Positions 19,219-28,505 of a DNA stretch of 64,000 nucleotides are shown here, piece by piece. The position numbers were made by a program, and so were the translations under genes. The first letter of the stretch is position 1. Each line of letters begins with the position of its first letter. Source of the stretch: Dehalococcoidia bacterium (GTDB lineage: Bacteria > Chloroflexota > Dehalococcoidia > Lucifugimonadales > UBA3495); assembly GCA_963664175.2 (NCBI GenBank), contig CAXXOI010000005.1:6542-70541 (forward strand), written 5' to 3'. Below the pieces are notes generated by a model that was not told the origin of the DNA, did no database searches, and saw nothing but the letters and a program-made list of their open reading frames with translations.

Positions 19219-20142
19219 CTACTCGTCAACCTTCGGGATAACTTCCTGCACCAGGACGTCCATGGAGTCCAGCAGTTGTTGCAGGCTGCCGCAACCATTG
19301 AAGTTGATCTGGAACTCCCCAAGGCCCGCTTCCTGCCTGTAGCGCTTCATGTCCGACGCTACCTGATCCGGAGTGCCCTGCCCGGTTGGCCGGTCCCCGT
19401 TGCTTGAAGGCCCGGGGGAGCTGCCGGTTATGTTGCTGAAATTGACGCGGAAGCTCATGCGGGTCCTTGGGGGATCCTTGGCAAGCGAGGACGAAATGTC
19501 CGCCAGGTATTTCTGGTTGGTCATCAGGTCTTCCAGGGCCGTTGGTGTGGGCTGCCACACCTCGGCGAATCGCGCGGCGCGTCGCAGGGATCCTGCCCCT
19601 GAGCCGCCGACCCAGATCGGCGGGTGGGGTTGTTGCAACGGCTTCGGGTTGACGTGCATATTCTCGAATGAGTAATACCTCCCCTTGAAGGAAGTGGCTC
19701 CCGGCGACCAGCATTCCTGCCAGAGCTGCAGGTATTCATTGGTCCGGCTGCCGCGCTGCCGGTAAGGCTCCCCCAGCGCGTCAAACTCAGCCTGGTTCCA
19801 CCCGGAGCCGACGCCTGCAATGGCCCGGCCTCCGGACATCTGGTCCAGGGTGGCCAGCATCTTGGCCGTGACTATGGGGTTGCGGTACGGCATTATCAGC
19901 ACCGAAGTGCCCAGTTTTATCCTCGACGTGCGGGCCGCAACATAGGAGAGCACCATCAGGGGATCATACACATTGCGCCACAGCTCGCTGCGGGGCGAGT
20001 CGTCGACTATCACGTGGTCGTTCACAAAGAGCGCGTCGAATCCCAGTTCCTCCGCCTTGCAGGCCGTTTCCACGATGGCCTGGGTGGTGGCAGGGAAGCC
20101 AAGATAGTCCGCGTTGGGAATCCGGAAAGAAAATTGAGCCAT
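19219..20142 (-). CDS. LLM-class oxidoreductase (F420/FMN-dependent family)
   Basis: MAQFSFRIPN...EELGFDALFVNDHV... ATG at 20142 is preceded by GGAGGCGG. The longer track ORF (to 20289) runs into an intergenic repeat. Confidence 0.8.
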   Translation of the reverse strand: MAQFSFRIPNADYLGFPATTQAIVETACKAEELGFDALFVNDHVIVDDSPRSELWRNVYDPLMVLSYVAARTSRIKLGTSVLIMPYRNPIVTAKMLATLDQMSGGRAIAGVGSGWNQAEFDALGEPYRQRGSRTNEYLQLWQECWSPGATSFKGRYYSFENMHVNPKPLQQPHPPIWVGGSGAGSLRRAARFAEVWQPTPTALEDLMTNQKYLADISSSLAKDPPRTRMSFRVNFSNITGSSPGPSSNGDRPTGQGTPDQVASDMKRYRQEAGLGEFQINFNGCGSLQQLLDSMDVLVQEVIPKVDE

Positions 20143-20230
20143 ACCGCCTCCGGGGACAGGTCGTAAGCGATGTTCATGATAGGCCCAAAGGTCAAGCGGA
20201 TACAATGCAGGCAGGACGGACTGGTGTTGT

Positions 20231-20369
20231 CTGAACTGTGATTCGTTTGATTTTGGGATTTCTCTGATTGGGACTCCATTCCAGAGCATCCCTAATCCTG
20301 TGAATCCTGTTAGGACTTACGTACTTGAGAGCTATCCCCTCTCCCTCTGGGAGAGGGTTAGGGTGAGGG
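20231..20369. repeat. composite intergenic repeat (MITE/REP-like), copy 2
   Basis: CTGAACTGTGATTCGTTTGATT..., CCCTAATCCTGTGAATCC..., then the hairpin CCCCTCTCCC-TCTG-GGAGAGGG followed by TTAGGGTGAGGG. Same module order as 12789-12920. Confidence 0.6.
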
Positions 20370-20556
20370 CGTCCTCCCCAATTGCGGAACTCCTATCCTG
20401 CATCAGAAAGATCAAGTGTCGTACCTACTCTACAATGCCCTGGCTTTGAACTGGATAAGACCGATGCCGGTTCCGTTCGTGCTAGGATACCTTCGGAACC
20501 GTTAAGCCAATAAAGGGCACAGGGCTGTCAGAGCATTGACCTGGAAGGAGGCGAAT

Positions 20557-21393
20557 ATGGAATCGAAGTTCGTGCAGGCCGGCGATGTTTCGCTGCAATA
20601 TTACGAGGAGGGCAACGGCCCAGAGACGCTGGTTCTAGTGCACGGCTATGCGTCGTCCGCAGTGCTGTGGCGCTACACCATCGAACAGCTGGCCAAGGAG
20701 CGGATAGACGGTGATTCGCGATTCCGAATCATCGCCTTCAACAACCGTGGGGCGGGAGATTCCGGGCGAGCCGACTCCGAGGACGGGTACACCGTGCAGT
20801 CCTTCGCCGCCGACCTCCATAACGCCGTGTCGGCCCTGGGCCTGGATGATTTTCTCCTGGTCGGCCACTCCATGGGCGGCGCCACGGTCACTCAGTTCTC
20901 CCTTGCCCACCAGGATCTGCTGCGAGGCCTGGTGCTGCTGAACTCCGCTCCTCTCAGCGGCAGAGTGCTGGCTGATGGCTGGGAGGAGACCCTGCGGGCC
21001 TCCTTTGCGGCGGGTGGCCTGACCCAGGGTGACATGGGTTTCCAGGCACCCCACGTAACCGAGGACTTCGCGGAGGAGGTCAGGAGCATTATCCTGCGGA
21101 ATCCCATCGAGCGCGCCATTGGCGGACGGCGCTCCATGGGGGCATTGCGGCTGCGAGACAGGATGGGCGAGATCCGCGTACCAACGATGGTGGTAGGCGG
21201 CGACCTTGACGATACGGTCGGCGTCGACAACATCGTCGCTGAGTACCTGGCACTGCCGGAGGGGAACCGCAGCCTGCACGTATTCCACGGCATCGGGCAC
21301 TCGCCCAACGTGGAAGTGCCGGCACGGCTGGCCGGTCTGCTGACCCGGTTCGCCAGCGAGGTGAGCACTCGCACTGCCGCTGCCGCCGCCTAG
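20557..21393 (+). CDS. alpha/beta-fold hydrolase
   Basis: LVLVHGY..., nucleophile elbow GHSMGG, C-terminal GIGHSPN. ATG at 20557 follows GGAAGGAGG. Confidence 0.85.
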   Translation: MESKFVQAGDVSLQYYEEGNGPETLVLVHGYASSAVLWRYTIEQLAKERIDGDSRFRIIAFNNRGAGDSGRADSEDGYTVQSFAADLHNAVSALGLDDFLLVGHSMGGATVTQFSLAHQDLLRGLVLLNSAPLSGRVLADGWEETLRASFAAGGLTQGDMGFQAPHVTEDFAEEVRSIILRNPIERAIGGRRSMGALRLRDRMGEIRVPTMVVGGDLDDTVGVDNIVAEYLALPEGNRSLHVFHGIGHSPNVEVPARLAGLLTRFASEVSTRTAAAAA

Positions 21394-21827
21394 CTGACAA
21401 ACTCCCGCGCCAGAAGGTCCCGGCAGTAGGAGACGATTTCGTCTCGAACGCGGGCGAACATTGCGTATAGGTCGCCCGCTGCCAGTTCGGGCCGGTCCGG
21501 GTCCTGAAAGGAATGGTGGAGCGCCCTCTTCGCGCCGGGAAACACAGGGCAGGCCTCGCGGGCCGAGTCGCACACCGTCAGCACCAGGTCGAAGTCCCGA
21601 CCGGTATATTGGTCTACGTGGGCCGAGGTGTGGCCGGAGATGTCGATTCCGACTTCGGCCATGGCCCGGACGGCCATTGGATGCAACCCCTTGGGGTCGG
21701 TGCCGGCGCTTTGCGCATCCACGGCCGTTCCGCCCTGGTGGCGAAACCACCCCTGCGCCATCTGTGACCGGGCTCGATTGCCTGTGCAGACAACCAGAAT
21801 CCGGAACGGTCTTGCTGCGTCCGTCAA
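21390..21827 (-). CDS. arsC: arsenate reductase, LMW-PTP / thioredoxin-coupled type
   Basis: ILVVCTGNRARSQMAQGW P-loop plus the downstream cysteine pair TVCDSAREACP. Confidence 0.8.
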   Translation of the reverse strand: MTDAARPFRILVVCTGNRARSQMAQGWFRHQGGTAVDAQSAGTDPKGLHPMAVRAMAEVGIDISGHTSAHVDQYTGRDFDLVLTVCDSAREACPVFPGAKRALHHSFQDPDRPELAAGDLYAMFARVRDEIVSYCRDLLAREFVS

Positions 21828-22014
21828 GTCAATCTCCCTTACCCGACAAAATATTGGAATTTCGCTGTTAAGCCATCAAGTCCCTTCCTGTGAGGTCCGT
21901 TCATGGTGAGCTAGTCGAACCACTGACAAGCGGCCTTCAGGGAATCTCAGGCTCGACGTATGGGCTACGATTGGACGGCCCTGATCAGGACTCAACCTCT
22001 CCAGGGGGGTAGTT

Positions 22015-22839
22015 CTATCCTGGCTGGGGAGGATTGCTGTTCAGGTCAAAACCACAGCGAGGGCAGTTTGCCGCGGCGGAGGCCCTGCGACGATTCACCT
22101 GTTCCATGAAGCTTGAACCAAGGATGCCGGCCGGCAAGGCGAAGATGCCGATCCCCAAGAGGGCTATGAATCCCGCGAGCAGGCGTCCGCCGGGCGTGAT
22201 AGGCGCGACATCGCCGTAGCCAACTGTTGTCACAGTAATGATGCTCCACCACATGGTCTCCGGAATGCTGGAAAACTCCTCGGGCTGTGCCGACTGCTCG
22301 ATGTAGTACATCAGCGAGGACGCCAGCACCAGCAGTACTGCCACCACGGAGACCACGCCCAGGAGTTCATTGCGCCTGTCGGAAATCGCGGCGGAGAGGG
22401 CCTGAAGGCCTGAGGAGTACCGCGCCAGGAGAGCGAACCTGCTTACCAACCGCAGGGCCCGCAGCGCACCAAGGTCCACGCCGGCCGGGAGCACAAACAG
22501 GATGAAATAAGAGATCACGGCAACGGCATCCGCTATCATCAACGGTTGCATCGCAAAACGCAGGCGCCCGGTCAGGGGATGAGCGTACTTTGGATCCTCG
22601 GTGCAACTCCACAGGCGGAGGGCGTACTCGATCGCGAATATGCTGAAGGAGACCAGCTCAAAGAAATAGAAGAACCCGGGAGACAAAGAATGAATGCGCT
22701 CGTCCGTAACGATTACCAGTGCCGCCACATTGGTCAGAATCAACAACAGGAGCGCCGTATCTACGGCCCGACTTGCCCGGTCTTCACCCTCGTCGATCGA
22801 TAGGATTTCAAAGACCCTGCGCTTCATGTAAGCCTCCAC
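22015..22839 (-). CDS. voltage-gated-type potassium channel (ion transport protein)
   Basis: K+ selectivity filter TVTTVGYGD. TM helices including an arginine-bearing S4-like segment (LRALRLVSRFALLAR). Confidence 0.85.
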   Translation of the reverse strand: MEAYMKRRVFEILSIDEGEDRASRAVDTALLLLILTNVAALVIVTDERIHSLSPGFFYFFELVSFSIFAIEYALRLWSCTEDPKYAHPLTGRLRFAMQPLMIADAVAVISYFILFVLPAGVDLGALRALRLVSRFALLARYSSGLQALSAAISDRRNELLGVVSVVAVLLVLASSLMYYIEQSAQPEEFSSIPETMWWSIITVTTVGYGDVAPITPGGRLLAGFIALLGIGIFALPAGILGSSFMEQVNRRRASAAANCPRCGFDLNSNPPQPG

Positions 22840-22983
22840 GTAGAGCCCTGGGCCGGCGCGGCCGCAGGGGCTCTGCTCATCGCCCTTTAGCTGTGGCCGC
22901 TATGCTATCATCGAAGTTGCGCGTTTTACGAAAGCTGGCGCCGGCCTCGCTGAAACCGACAATCAAAATTGAGAAACTGGGCA

Positions 22984-23973
22984 ATGAATGACAGTACCTC
23001 TCCCTCCCCTGCCATAGAAACCCGGCAGCTTGTCCGGCAGTACGGTTCGCTCCGGGCTGTGGATGGCGTGGACCTCGCAGTCCGCAAGGGCGAGATCTAC
23101 GGCTTTCTGGGCCCCAACGGCGCGGGAAAGACCACCGTCATTCGGATGCTGGTAACGCTACTGGCGCCGACCAGCGGTTTCATTACGGTGGCAGGATACG
23201 ACGTGATTCGGCAGCCGGACCTGGTGCGTAGCCGCATCGGTGTCGCCCTCCAGGACGCGGCGCTGGACAACAAGCAGACGGGACGGGAACTCCTCCGCTT
23301 GCAGGGTCTTCTGTACGGACTGGGTCGAAAAGAGGCGGACCGAAGAATCGATGAACTGATGGACCTGGTGGATATCGGCGACGCCATGAAGCGCCAGATA
23401 GGCACGTATTCCGGAGGGATGAAGCGTCGACTTGACCTCGCTGCCGCGCTGATCCACCGCCCGGAGGTGCTGTTTCTGGATGAGCCGACGACGGGTCTGG
23501 ACCCCATCAGCCGCTCTCGCGTGTGGGAAGAGGTGCGCGAGATCAACGGCGCGATGGGCGTGACGGTATTTCTCACCACGCAGTACCTGGAAGAGGCGGA
23601 CGCCCTCGCGGACCGTGTTGGGATCATCAATAACGGCCAGTTGGCGACCCAGGGGTCTCCCGCCGAACTGAAGCGGGACCGGGGCGCCGACCTCATCGTG
23701 GCAAGAATCGATGGGGATGCGGACGGTGCTACCGAAGGACTTGCGTCTATTCCGTCCGTTTCCGCCATAGAAGCTCACGGCAATGAAATCACCATCAGCG
23801 TCACCAACGGAGCCTCGCTGATCAGCGCCGTGGCTCTGCGATTGAACGAGATGGGTTTCAACGTCCAGCAACTGACGTTGCGAACGCCCACCCTCGACGA
23901 CGTCTTTCTGCACGTGACGGGCGTCCGTTTCAGTACGAACGGAACGGAAGGGGAATCGACGGAAACAGAGTGA
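22984..23973 (+). CDS. ABC transporter ATP-binding protein (ABC-2/DrrA-like exporter)
   Basis: Walker A GPNGAGKTT, signature YSGGMKRR, Walker B LFLDEPTTGLD. Confidence 0.88.
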   Translation: MNDSTSPSPAIETRQLVRQYGSLRAVDGVDLAVRKGEIYGFLGPNGAGKTTVIRMLVTLLAPTSGFITVAGYDVIRQPDLVRSRIGVALQDAALDNKQTGRELLRLQGLLYGLGRKEADRRIDELMDLVDIGDAMKRQIGTYSGGMKRRLDLAAALIHRPEVLFLDEPTTGLDPISRSRVWEEVREINGAMGVTVFLTTQYLEEADALADRVGIINNGQLATQGSPAELKRDRGADLIVARIDGDADGATEGLASIPSVSAIEAHGNEITISVTNGASLISAVALRLNEMGFNVQQLTLRTPTLDDVFLHVTGVRFSTNGTEGESTETE

Positions 23974-24165
23974 GCTCTGGCCTCCGTAAGTGCCGTGATA
24001 CGAAGGCAACCGCCTGCCGTACTTGCGCGAAGTCCATTATGAGGCTAGCCCAAAATGGCCACTACCCTTAAGGAGAAAGGTTTGGTTGGGGGTGAGAGGG
24101 TTGAATCAAGAAGCCTACAAAGAGAGCCAACACTGTGCTAGAGACTGTCTCTAGGTCAACAGGAG

Positions 24166-24972
24166 ATGCAGATGTCAGCGGTTTCGGCAGGTGATGCGCC
24201 GCGCCGTCAGGGAGCAGGAATCGTCCGGGACCTGGTATCGGTTTCCGAGAGGGCGCTCCGCTCAATAAGCAGGGACCCGGAAACAACTATTCCTGCCCTG
24301 GTTATCCCCGTGTTCATGTTCGCCATGACCGTCGGGGCGCTGGAAGACTTCGCCAGGAACATTCCGGGCCTGGACTATCGCGCCTTTCAATTGCCGGTAG
24401 CAGTAATGTTCGCGGTGACCGGAATCTCGCGGGCCACCACAGTGGTCACGGATATACAGACCGGCTATTTCGACCGATTGGTCATGACCCCGGTGAACCG
24501 CCTCGCTCTCCTGATAGGACTGATGGTAGCCGACTTCGCGCTGGTGATGGCGCTCACGGTCCCGGTGATCATCATGGGCTACATCGCCGGTGTGCAATTC
24601 GTAACCGGTGTTCCCGGTATCCTGGCGTTTATGGTGATGGCGGGAATATGGGGGCTAGTGTTCTCGGGATTTCCCTACGCCATTGCCTTCAAGACCGGCA
24701 GTGCGGCAGCCGTTAACACCAGCTTCCTGCTGTTCTTCCCGTTCCTGTTCATGACGTCGCTGTTCGTGCCGCAAGAGCAAATGACTGGCTGGCTCGCCGC
24801 GGCCGCCGACTACAATCCGGTCACCTACATCCTGGATGCTCTCAGGTCATTTATCTACGGGGGTTGGGACTGGCAGGTGATGGTCAACGCTATCATTGCC
24901 ATAGCGGGAGTTGGCGTGGTCAGTCTAGGCCTCTCGTTGGCAGCCCTGCGGGGACGCGCCACCAGGAAGTGA
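24166..24972 (+). CDS. ABC-2 type transporter permease
   Basis: Six-TM 268-aa protein directly downstream of the ATPase. AGGAG RBS at 24161-24165. Confidence 0.8.
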   Translation: MQMSAVSAGDAPRRQGAGIVRDLVSVSERALRSISRDPETTIPALVIPVFMFAMTVGALEDFARNIPGLDYRAFQLPVAVMFAVTGISRATTVVTDIQTGYFDRLVMTPVNRLALLIGLMVADFALVMALTVPVIIMGYIAGVQFVTGVPGILAFMVMAGIWGLVFSGFPYAIAFKTGSAAAVNTSFLLFFPFLFMTSLFVPQEQMTGWLAAAADYNPVTYILDALRSFIYGGWDWQVMVNAIIAIAGVGVVSLGLSLAALRGRATRK

Positions 24973-25032
24973 GCCCTGGCGGAATCAGGCGGGCGCCGGG
25001 CCTCCAATGGCCTGGCGCGTGTTCGGGATGGG

Positions 25033-28000
25033 CTATCTGATTGGCACTCCCAGCAGTTTCCGCGCCTCATCGCGGGCCGCCTGTATCGCCCCGGGCAGGT
25101 CCGGCAGTCGCTGCTCGCTGCGGGGTTGCAGGTACAGGAAGACCACCTCCTTAACCGGTTTACCCGTCAGTTCCTGCAGAGCGTGGGCGTAGGCGCCTCC
25201 CTGCATCCGGTACCGCTGGACGGCCTCAGGCGCTTCCTCGCCGGTGATGGAGTCGGTCTTGTAGTCGACCACAACATATCCGTCATCCTCCTCGAAGAGC
25301 AGGTCGATAAACCCGTGCAGGGAGCCGCCGCCCGTGCCGATGGCCACTGGCACCTCTCGCAGCAATCGCCCGGAGGCGACGGCCCGTTTCACGATGGCGC
25401 TGTCCACCGCGACCCTGCAGAGCCGCTCGATTTCGTCCTCACGCCCCGGCACGCCCTCTGCGGCCGCCTGCGCCCTGGCGCGATCGGCAATTCCGTCACC
25501 TGTCTCGAGGTCAACCGTCTGCAGCACTGCGTGAACGGCACGCCCCACGGAGGTGCCTGCCCTGCCCCTCCGCCAGGGTTCGTTGCTCTCCTGCTCCGGT
25601 TTGTCGTCTGCGTCGGAGTCCTTTGCTTTACCAAGTATCGTGGCGGCAATGGAGGATGGAGCACTGATTTCATCGAAAAGGGCCTTGCGTTCTTTGTTCC
25701 ATTGTTCCATCGCCGCGACGGAATGCTCAAACGGAGGTACGACCGCAGTTGGGGTGTCAGTTTCGTCGGTCTCCGGGGGTTCGACGGAAAGACCGTCGCC
25801 TGGGACAATCTCGGCCCACAGCTCCGGGGTTTTCTCCATAATGCCGGCGATCTGTCCTGCAGCTGAATCGGTTCCCGCCTTGTTGCCAGTGCGGCGAAGG
25901 CTGAGGACCAGATGGTCCCGGGCCCGGGTGGTGGCCACATACATCAGCCGGACCCCTTCAGCTTCGCTCATTCGCTTTTCCGACTCAGCCAGATCATCGT
26001 AGCCATCCGTGCTGAAGTTTTCGTTCTGGTTGCCGATGCGCACCTCGATGCGGCCGCTGCGGCGATCGAAGAGCACCCGGCCCACCCTGCCGGCGAAATC
26101 TGAATTGATGCCAGTTAGGATGACGACCGGAAATTCCAGGCCCTTTGATGCGTGGATGGTCATAACTCGTACCGCGTCCTCGTCGGTCTCCGGTACGGCA
26201 GCCTCGGTAACCCGGGCGCGTTCGCTGATCTGGTCGTCTATCCATTGGATGTAGTCTCGTAGCGACCTGCCACCGGCGGCTTCGAACTGCCATGCCCGCT
26301 CCACCATGAACCGATAGCGCCTCCACTGCTCGCGCATCCGCGCATGCATGTTCGGCGGTTGATCAATGGCAACCTCCATCAGCATCCGCTCCCTGACGAA
26401 TTGGTCAACGAGGGCCCCGGATGAACGGGCATGCCTATCCTCGTGAAAACGACGCAGCACTGACAGGGCTTCGCTGACGGGTCCGGGCGCACTTCCCTCG
26501 GGTTCAGCCAAACAGTTGAACCTGCCACCGTTCTGGTGATGCAAGAACAGTTCGACGTCGCTGCAGCCGAAGGCCGGCGAGCGCAATGCGGCCACCGTGG
26601 CGACCTGGTCGGCAGGGTTGTCAATGGCCTTGAGGCAGTTGAGAAGGTCGCGAATTTCCTGGGTCTCGAACACGAGGGACGCGCTTTCCAGCCGGAAGGG
26701 GATGTTGGCACGCTCCAACTCTCGCTCGAGGGTGCGCAGTCCGGTACGGCGTGGCATCAGGATGCAGATGTCGGAATAGCGGGCCGGCCGGTAGGTCTCG
26801 CTTCCGCACTTCCTAGTGTTCTCTTCATCCAGCAGCGGCCACTTGTCGTTCACGACGTCCCTGAGCAGGATGGCGATGTCCCTGGATTCCTGTTCGCGGA
26901 CCGGATCGATCCTTGTCCCCTCCGCAACATTGGCAAGAGCCCAGACCTGGGGGCGGATGGACCCCTCGACCTTGCCCTCCCATCTCGGAAACATTTCCTC
27001 GTACCTGGACTGTTGTTGGATGTCGCCCCTGGACGCATCCGCTGCCTCACCCATCCAGATGGAGAAGACGTGATTGACCCAGTCCACCAATGCCGATTGT
27101 GACCGGAAATTCTGCACCAGGCTAACTACGGTCCCGCCCGAACGTTCCAGCAGGTGCTGCAACTGCACCATCTGGACCACGTCTGCCCGACGGAAGCGGT
27201 ATATCGATTGCTTGGGGTCTCCCACCACGAACAGCTTGGCCCTCTCAGGCGCGATCTGCTCCCACGACGTCGGCCGCTGCGGTCCCTCTGTGCCTGCAGC
27301 CACGGATTCGGCCAGATACATGGCGATCTCGGTCTGTATGGGGTCGGTGTCCTGCGCCTCGTCGATCAGGATGTGGCTGAACCTCCTGCGAAAATGATCG
27401 CGCACTGTCAGGTCATCCCTGAGCAGGTCGCGGGCCCAGATCAGCAGGTCGTGAAACTCGGCCCTCCCCTCCGCATTGCGTTGGTTGGCGTACTCCAGTG
27501 CGAACTCCTGCAGTGCGCTGAGAATCGGCAGCAGACAGGCCCGCCGTATCTGGGCGAGTTCGTCGCTGGCGACATCGTGCAACTCTTTCAACAAGGCCTT
27601 CAAAGCGGTGCAGGCGTTGTCTCCTGACAATGGGTCCACATCCCAGTTATTCCGGTTCCCACTGCCGGTCGACAAACGCAGAAGCCTGCTGAGCAACCGC
27701 AGCGACGCGGGAGTGCCGGGGGTGGTAGCTGCAAGCCGGCGCAGGGTCGGCAGCTTGCCCTGGACGTGGGCGTAAAGAGGGTCCTCGCCGCCCAGGCGCG
27801 CATATTGGCAAAGGCGTTCCAGTTCCGGCCTCTCCTGGACCAAGGCGTTTGCTGCCGATAGCGGAGGCATCTGAGACGAGCCGAAATCGATGTCCCGCAG
27901 GTCGGTGTAGTTGCGGTGAAATTCCAGGGCAACGGTCCTCAAATCGCCGGGTGTAATCCCGAGGGTCAGTGCGGTAGCCAGGTCCTCAGTCAGCGGCAAC

Positions 28001-28503
28001 TTGCCCTCGAGCGCCTCTTCCAGCCAGGTGTCCCAGGCTTCATTGAACTTGATGCCTGCCGCAATGTCGTCGGTGGTCTCGAATCCCGGGGGCAGACCCG
28101 CCTCCAATGGCCGCTCGTGGAGCAACTGTGCGGCGAAGGCGTGCAGCGTGCGGATGGACGCCTGGTCCAGGTCTGCTGTGCCACGTCTGCAGCGTTCCCG
28201 TTCCGATGGATCGCGGCCTGCATCGTCCGCCGCCTGCTCCAGCCGCTGGCGCACCTTGTCGCGGAGCTCGGCGGCCGCAGCCTCGGTGAACGTGATGGCG
28301 GCAATCCGGTCGAGGGATGTCCTGCCCGAGGCGACGAGATTCACCACTCGGTTCACCAGGCTGGTGGTCTTGCCCGTCCCGGCGCTGGCCTGCACGAACA
28401 AAGTTTCGTCAAGTTGCTCGACGATAGTGGAGCGGATACCGGAGTCAGCAGGGACGAATTCCGTGTTATTCAGGGTAGATGAGGAAGTGTTCTGGTCGGT
28501 CAA
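25033..28503 (-). CDS. addA: ATP-dependent helicase/nuclease subunit A (UvrD-type helicase + C-terminal RecB-like nuclease)
   Basis: Walker A ASAGTGKTT and UvrD/PcrA helicase motifs (ILIDEAQDT, VGDPKQSIYRFRRAD, TIHASKGLEFP). C-terminal PD-(D/E)xK motif GFIDLLFEEDDGYVVVDYKTD. Confidence 0.85.
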   Translation of the reverse strand: MTDQNTSSSTLNNTEFVPADSGIRSTIVEQLDETLFVQASAGTGKTTSLVNRVVNLVASGRTSLDRIAAITFTEAAAAELRDKVRQRLEQAADDAGRDPSERERCRRGTADLDQASIRTLHAFAAQLLHERPLEAGLPPGFETTDDIAAGIKFNEAWDTWLEEALEGKLPLTEDLATALTLGITPGDLRTVALEFHRNYTDLRDIDFGSSQMPPLSAANALVQERPELERLCQYARLGGEDPLYAHVQGKLPTLRRLAATTPGTPASLRLLSRLLRLSTGSGNRNNWDVDPLSGDNACTALKALLKELHDVASDELAQIRRACLLPILSALQEFALEYANQRNAEGRAEFHDLLIWARDLLRDDLTVRDHFRRRFSHILIDEAQDTDPIQTEIAMYLAESVAAGTEGPQRPTSWEQIAPERAKLFVVGDPKQSIYRFRRADVVQMVQLQHLLERSGGTVVSLVQNFRSQSALVDWVNHVFSIWMGEAADASRGDIQQQSRYEEMFPRWEGKVEGSIRPQVWALANVAEGTRIDPVREQESRDIAILLRDVVNDKWPLLDEENTRKCGSETYRPARYSDICILMPRRTGLRTLERELERANIPFRLESASLVFETQEIRDLLNCLKAIDNPADQVATVAALRSPAFGCSDVELFLHHQNGGRFNCLAEPEGSAPGPVSEALSVLRRFHEDRHARSSGALVDQFVRERMLMEVAIDQPPNMHARMREQWRRYRFMVERAWQFEAAGGRSLRDYIQWIDDQISERARVTEAAVPETDEDAVRVMTIHASKGLEFPVVILTGINSDFAGRVGRVLFDRRSGRIEVRIGNQNENFSTDGYDDLAESEKRMSEAEGVRLMYVATTRARDHLVLSLRRTGNKAGTDSAAGQIAGIMEKTPELWAEIVPGDGLSVEPPETDETDTPTAVVPPFEHSVAAMEQWNKERKALFDEISAPSSIAATILGKAKDSDADDKPEQESNEPWRRGRAGTSVGRAVHAVLQTVDLETGDGIADRARAQAAAEGVPGREDEIERLCRVAVDSAIVKRAVASGRLLREVPVAIGTGGGSLHGFIDLLFEEDDGYVVVDYKTDSITGEEAPEAVQRYRMQGGAYAHALQELTGKPVKEVVFLYLQPRSEQRLPDLPGAIQAARDEARKLLGVPIR

Positions 28504-28505
28504 AC

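Noticed and set aside
20635-21750. Long antisense or alternative-frame ORFs, for example 20635-21750(-), 16915-17928(+), 28479-29729(+), 32426-33658(+), 44739-46013(+), 57711-58586(+), 11494-12777(-), 37635-38624(-) and 51736-52803(-).
   Set aside because: They are shadow ORFs typical of high-GC DNA. They have Arg/Gly/Pro/Ala-rich low-complexity translations and no recognisable motifs. Each fully overlaps a gene on the other strand or frame that has clear family signatures.
21900-21930. GGTTCGAC on the minus strand resembled a tRNA T-loop.
   Set aside because: The flanking bases do not form T-stem, acceptor or anticodon arms, so it is not a tRNA.
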